64,000 nucleotides of DNA from positions 806,001 through 870,000 of the forward strand of contig OZ025805.1 of the NCBI GenBank assembly GCA_964019425.1, written 5' to 3'. Both the position numbers and the translations under genes were made by a program. Positions 61,801 to 64,000 of the stretch are shown here, piece after piece. The notes beneath the pieces are model-generated. The model was not told the origin of the DNA and did not search any database. It worked only from the letters and a program-made list of their open reading frames with translations. Position 1 is the first letter of the stretch, and each line of letters opens with the position of its first letter. The stretch is from Flectonema sp. DT1601. Lineage: Eukaryota.

Positions 61801-64000
61801 TGTAACACTACTCCAAGAACCTGTGCTGACTTCTCGACTACAGCTGATTGTGAGAAAGCTATGTGTCCAGACAAGAATGATCGTAAATGCTTCTGGGGTA
61901 AGGAAGGTTGTGAGTGCAACACTAAACCAAGAACCTGTGCTGACTTCTCGACTGCAAGAGATTGTATGAGAGCTAAGTGCCCAGACAAGGATGATCGTAA
62001 GTGCTTCTGGGGTAAAGAAGGATGTGAGTGCAACACTACTCCAAGAACCTGTGCTGACTTCTCGACTACAGCTGATTGTGAGAAGGCTAAGTGTCCAGAC
62101 AAGGATGATCGTAAGTGCTTCTGGGGTAAAGAAGGATGTGAGTGCAATACTAAACCAAGAACCTGTGCTGACTTCTCGACTGCAAGAGATTGTATGAGAG
62201 CTAAGTGTCCAGACAAGGATGATCGTCAGTGCTACTGGGGTAGAGAAGGATGTGAGTGCAACACTACTCCAAGAACCTGTGCTGACTTCTCTGAAAGAGA
62301 ATGTGAGAAAGCTAAGTGTCCAGACAAGAATGATCGCAAGTGTTTCTGGGGTAAAGAAGGATGTGAGTGTAACAATACTCCAAGAACTTGTGCTGACTTC
62401 TCGACTGCAAGAGATTGTATGAGAGCAAAATGTCCAGACAAGGATGATCGTAAGTGCTACTGGGGTAAAGAAGGATGTGAGTGTAACACTACTCCAAGAA
62501 CCTGTGCTGACTTCTCTGTAGGAGAATGTGAGAAAGCTAAGTGTCCAGACCAGAATGATCGTAAGTGCTTCTGGGGTAAGGAAGGTTGTGAGTGCAACAC
62601 TAAACCAAGAACCTGTGCTGACTTCTCGACTGCAAGAGATTGTATGAGAGCTAAGTGTCCAGACAAGGATGATCGTAAGTGCTACTGGGGTAAAGAAGGA
62701 TGTGAGTGCAATACTACTCCAAGAACCTGTGCTGACTTCTCTGCAGGAGAATGTGAGAAAGCTAAGTGTCCAGACCAGAATGATCGTAAGTGCTTCTGGG
62801 GTAAGGAAGGTTGTGAGTGCAATACTAAACCAAGAACCTGTGCTGACTTCTCGACTGCGAGAGATTGTATGAGAGCTAAGTGTCCAGACAAGGATGATCG
62901 TCAATGCTTCTGGGGTAAAGAAGGATGTGAGTGCAACACGACTCCAAGAACCTGTGCTGACTTCTCTGAAAGAGAATGTGAGAAAGCTAAGTGTCCAGAC
63001 AAGAATGATCGTAAGTGTTTCTGGGGTAAAGAAGGATGTGAGTGCAACACTACTCCAAGAACCTGTGCTGACTTCTCGACTGCAAGAGATTGTATGAGAG
63101 CTAAGTGTCCAGACCAGGATGATCGTCAGTGCTTCTGGGGTAAACAAGGATGTGAGTGCAACACTACTCCAAGAACCTGTGCTGACTTCTCTGCAGGAGA
63201 ATGTGAGAAAGCTAAGTGTCCAGACCAGGATGATCGTAAGTGCTTCTGGGGTAAGGAAGGTTGTGAGTGCAACAGTAAACCAAGAACCTGTGCTGACTTC
63301 TCGACTGCAAGAGATTGTATGAGAGCTAAGTGTCCAGACAAAGATGATCGTCAGTGCTTCTGGGGTAGAGAAGGATGTGAGTGCAACACTAAACCAAGAA
63401 CCTGTGCTGACTTCTCTGTAGGAGAATGTGAAAAAGCTAAGTGTCCAGACAAAAATGATCGTAAGTGCTTCTGGGGTAAAGATGGATGTGAGTGCAACAC
63501 TAAACCCAGAACCTGTGCTGACTTCTCAACTGCAAGTGATTGTATGAGAGCTAAGTGTCCAGACAAGGATGATCGTAAGTGCTACTGGGGTAAAGAAGGA
63601 TGTGAGTGTAACACTACTCCAAGATCCTGTGCTGACTTCTCGACTACAGCTGATTGTGAGAAAGCTAAGTGTCCAGACCAGAATGATCGTAAGTGCTTCT
63701 GGGGTAAAGAAGGATGTGAGTGCAACACTAAACCAAGAACCTGTGCTGACTTCTCGACTGCAAGAGATTGTATGAGAGCTAAGTGCCCAGACAAGGATGA
63801 TCGTCAGTGCTTCTGGGGTAAAGAAGGATGTGAGTGCAACACTACTCCAAGAACCTGTGCTGACTTCTCTGCAGGAGAATGTGAGAAAGCTAAGTGTCCA
63901 GACCAGAATGATCGTAAGTGCTTCTGGGGTAAAGAAGGATGTGAGTGCAACACTAAACCAAGAACTTGTGCTGACTTCTCGACTGCAAGAGATTGTATGA
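52843..64000 (+). CDS. Giant secreted cysteine-rich repeat protein 2 (>3700 aa, partial, runs off the window; ~98 units so far)
   Basis: MIYSIVFILTFAFTQKPCDYYGNPRSC.. followed by alternating units PRTCADFSTARDCMRAKCPDKDDRKCFWGKEGCECNTT and PRTCADFSAGECEKAKCPDQNDRKCFWGKEGCECNTK. It is absent from the ORF track despite many in-frame ATGs, consistent with no stop before 64000. Confidence 0.9.
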   Translation, partial: MIYSIVFILTFAFTQKPCDYYGNPRSCRKAVCPDLSTQQCTWIRNKRECKCVKPSCADFSNPTYCKKAKCPDQPDRQCFWGKAGCDCNTNPRTCADFSTARDCMRAKCPDKDDRKCFWGKEGCECNTNPRTCADFSAGECEKAKCPDQNDRKCFWGKEGCECNTKPRTCADFSTARDCQKAKCPDKDDRQCFWGKEGCECNTTPRTCADFSAGECEKAKCPDQNDRKCFWGKEGCECNTKPRTCADFSTARDCMRAKCPDKDDRKCFWGKEGCECNTTPRTCADFSAGECEKAKCPDQNDRKCFWGKEGCECNTKPRTCADFSTARDCMRAKCPDKDDRKCFWGKEGCECNTTPRTCADFSAGECEKAKCPDQNDRKCFWGKEGCECNTKPRTCADFSTARDCMRAKCPDQDDRQCFWGKEGCECNTTPRTCADFSAGECEKAKCPDQNDRKCFWGKEGCECNTKPRTCADFSTARDCMRAKCPDKDDRKCFWGKEGCECNTTPRTCADFSAGECEKAKCPDQNDRKCFWGKEGCECNTKPRTCADFSTARDCMRAKCPDKDDRKCFWGKEGCECNTTPRTCADFSAGECEKAKCPDQNDRKCFWGKEGCECNTKPRTCADFSTARDCMRAKCPDKDDRKCFWGKEGCECNTTPRTCADFSAGECEKAKCPDQNDRKCFWGKEGCECNTKPRTCADFSTARDCMRAKCPDKDDRKCFWGKEGCECNTTPRTCADFSAGECEKAKCPDQNDRKCFWGKEGCECNTKPRTCADFSTARDCMRAKCPDKDDRKCFWGKEGCECNTTPRTCADFSAGECEKAKCPDQNDRKCFWGKEGCECNTKPRTCADFSTARDCMRAKCPDKDDRQCFWGKEGCECNTTPRTCADFSTTADCEKAKCPDQNDRKCFWGKEGCECNTKPRTCADFSTARDCMRAKCPDKDDRKCFWGKEGCECNTTPRTCADFSAGECEKAKCPDQNDRKCFWGKEGCECNTKPRTCADFSTARDCMRAKCPDKDDRKCFWGKEGCECNTTPRTCADFSAGECEKAKCPDQNDRKCFWGKEGCECNTKPRTCADFSTARDCMRAKCPDKDDRQCFWGKEGCECNTTPRTCADFSAGECEKAKCPDQNDRKCFWGKEGCECNTKPRTCADFSTARDCMRAKCPDKDDRQCFWGKKGCECNTTPRTCADFSAGECEKAKCPDQNDRKCFWGKEGCECNTKPRTCADFSTARDCMRAKCPDKDDRKCFWGKEGCECNTTPRTCADFSAGECEKAKCPDQNDRKCFWGKEGCECNTKPRTCADFSTARDCMRAKCPDKDDRQCFWGKEGCECNTTPRTCADFSAGECEKAKCPDQNDRKCFWGKEGCECSTKPRTCADFSTARDCMRAKCPDKDDRQCFWGKEGCECNTTPRTCADFSAGECEKAKCPDQNDRKCFWGKEGCECNTKPRTCADFSTARDCMRAKCPDKDDRKCYWGKEGCECNTTPRTCADFSAGECEKAKCPDQNDRKCFWGKEGCECNTKPRTCADFSTARDCMRAKCPDKVDRQCFWGKEGCECNTTPRTCADFSAGECEKAKCPDQNDRKCFWGKEGCECNTKPRTCADFSTARDCMRAKCPDKDDRKCYWGKEGCECNTTPRTCADFSAGECEKAKCPDQNDRKCFWGKEGCECNTKPRTCADFSTARDCMRAKCPDKDDRKCFWGKEGCECNTTPRTCADFSAGECEKAKCPDQNDRKCFWGKEGCECNTKPRTCADFSTARDCMSAKCPDKDDRKCFWGREGCECNTNPRTCADFSTPTDCKKAQCPDYDDRQCFWGKEGCECNTTPRTCADFSTARDCMRAKCPDKDDRKCYWGKEGCECNTTPRTCADFSTPTDCKKAKCPDKYDRQCFWGKEGCECNTTPRTCADFSTARDCMRAKCPDKDDRNCFWGKEGCECNTTPRTCADFSTPTDCKNAKCPDKNDRKCFWGNEGCECNTTPRTCADFSTARDCQRVKCPEKEDRLCYWGKEGCECNTNPRTCADFSTPTDCKKAKCPDKDDRQCYWGKEGCECNTTPRTCADFSTARDCMRAKCPDKDDRLCCWGKAGCECNTTPRTCADFSTPTDCKKAKCPDKDDRQCYWGKEGCECNTTPRTCADFSTASACQRAKCPDQDDRLCFWGKEGCECNTTPRTCADFSTPIDCKKAKCPDKYDRQCFWGKEGCECNTTPRTCADFSTARDCMRAKCPDKDDRKCFWGKEGCECNTTPRTCADFSARQCEKAKCPDQNDRKCFWGKEGCECNTKPRTCADFSTARDCMRAKCPDKDDRQCFWGKEGCECNTTPRTCADFSESECEKAKCPDKNDRKCYWGKEGCECNTTPRTCADFSTARDCMRAKCPDKDDRKCFWGKQGCECNTTPRTCADFSARECEKAKCPDQNDRKCFWGKEGCECNTKPRTCADFSTARDCMRAKCPDKDDRQCFWGKEGCECNTTPRTCADFSERECEKAKCPDKDDRKCFWGYEGCECNTKPRTCADFSTARDCMRAKCPDRDDRQCFWGKEGCECNTTPRTCADFSERECEKAQCPDKDDRKCFWGKEGCECNTTPRTCADFSTARDCMRAKCPDKDDRKCFWGKEGCECNTTPRTCADFSTTADCEKAKCPDKNDRKCFWGKEGCECNTKPRTCADFSTARDCMRAKCPDKDDRKCFWGKEGCECNTTPRTCADFSTTADCEKAKCPDQNDRKCFWGKEGCECNTKPRTCADFSTARDCMRAKCPDKDDRKCFWGKEGCECNTTPRTCADFSTTADCEKAKCPDQNDRKCFWGKEGCECNTKPRTCADFSTARDCMRAKCPDKDDRKCYWGKEGCECNTTPRTCADFSTTADCEKAKCPDKNDRKCFWGKEGCECNTKPRTCADFSTARDCMRAKCPDKDDRNCFWGKEGCECNTTPRTCADFSTTADCEKAKCPDKNDRKCFWGKEGCECNIKPRTCADFSRARDCMRAKCPDKDDRKCFWGKEGCECNTTPRTCADFSTTADCEKAMCPDKNDRKCFWGKEGCECNTKPRTCADFSTARDCMRAKCPDKDDRKCFWGKEGCECNTTPRTCADFSTTADCEKAKCPDKDDRKCFWGKEGCECNTKPRTCADFSTARDCMRAKCPDKDDRQCYWGREGCECNTTPRTCADFSERECEKAKCPDKNDRKCFWGKEGCECNNTPRTCADFSTARDCMRAKCPDKDDRKCYWGKEGCECNTTPRTCADFSVGECEKAKCPDQNDRKCFWGKEGCECNTKPRTCADFSTARDCMRAKCPDKDDRKCYWGKEGCECNTTPRTCADFSAGECEKAKCPDQNDRKCFWGKEGCECNTKPRTCADFSTARDCMRAKCPDKDDRQCFWGKEGCECNTTPRTCADFSERECEKAKCPDKNDRKCFWGKEGCECNTTPRTCADFSTARDCMRAKCPDQDDRQCFWGKQGCECNTTPRTCADFSAGECEKAKCPDQDDRKCFWGKEGCECNSKPRTCADFSTARDCMRAKCPDKDDRQCFWGREGCECNTKPRTCADFSVGECEKAKCPDKNDRKCFWGKDGCECNTKPRTCADFSTASDCMRAKCPDKDDRKCYWGKEGCECNTTPRSCADFSTTADCEKAKCPDQNDRKCFWGKEGCECNTKPRTCADFSTARDCMRAKCPDKDDRQCFWGKEGCECNTTPRTCADFSAGECEKAKCPDQNDRKCFWGKEGCECNTKPRTCADFSTARDCM
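53006..64000 (+). repeat. Coding tandem array with 225/228-bp higher-order (dimeric) period
   Basis: 114+111-bp alternation. The shadow 67-68-aa ORFs start at 225- or 228-bp intervals. Confidence 0.97.

Noticed and set aside
41218..64000. Many alternative-frame ORFs (MIVSASGVKK.., MIATLLQEP.., MSGHLALIQ..)
   Set aside because: Out-of-frame readings of the coding repeat, broken by recurrent stops.
41215..64000. CRISPR-like array
   Set aside because: Units are contiguous with no unique spacers, there are no cas genes, and the context is eukaryotic coding sequence.

Overview
AT-rich eukaryotic (protist) DNA with long poly(A)/poly(T) tracts. All ~14 intact protein genes lie on the + strand, most with an AG acceptor shortly before the ATG. 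This directional cluster suggests a euglenozoan, probably diplomonad-unrelated diplonemid-like genome (inference). Genes in order: a small 2-exon membrane protein, an ABHD1/2/3-type hydrolase, a 3-exon NHA/SLC9B-type Na+/H+ antiporter, a rearranged subtilisin pseudogene, a BART-domain protein, aspartoacylase, two paralogous multi-pass membrane proteins, a secreted CUBx3-tyrosinase, a 3341-aa UBR/ZZ/HECT E3 ligase, a 3-exon small mitochondrial membrane protein and a sterol desaturase/ERG25-like enzyme. From 41 kb onward there is a tandem family of giant secreted proteins built from a 37-38-aa six-cysteine repeat: one complete 2901-aa gene, one broken 5' copy, and one >3700-aa gene that runs off the window and is missing from the ORF track. 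Other notable features: six cis-introns with GT(A/G/T)TGT donors and U-rich 5'/A-rich 3' halves lacking a polypyrimidine tract, an isolated 28S rRNA fragment, and a dispersed ~130-bp repeat.
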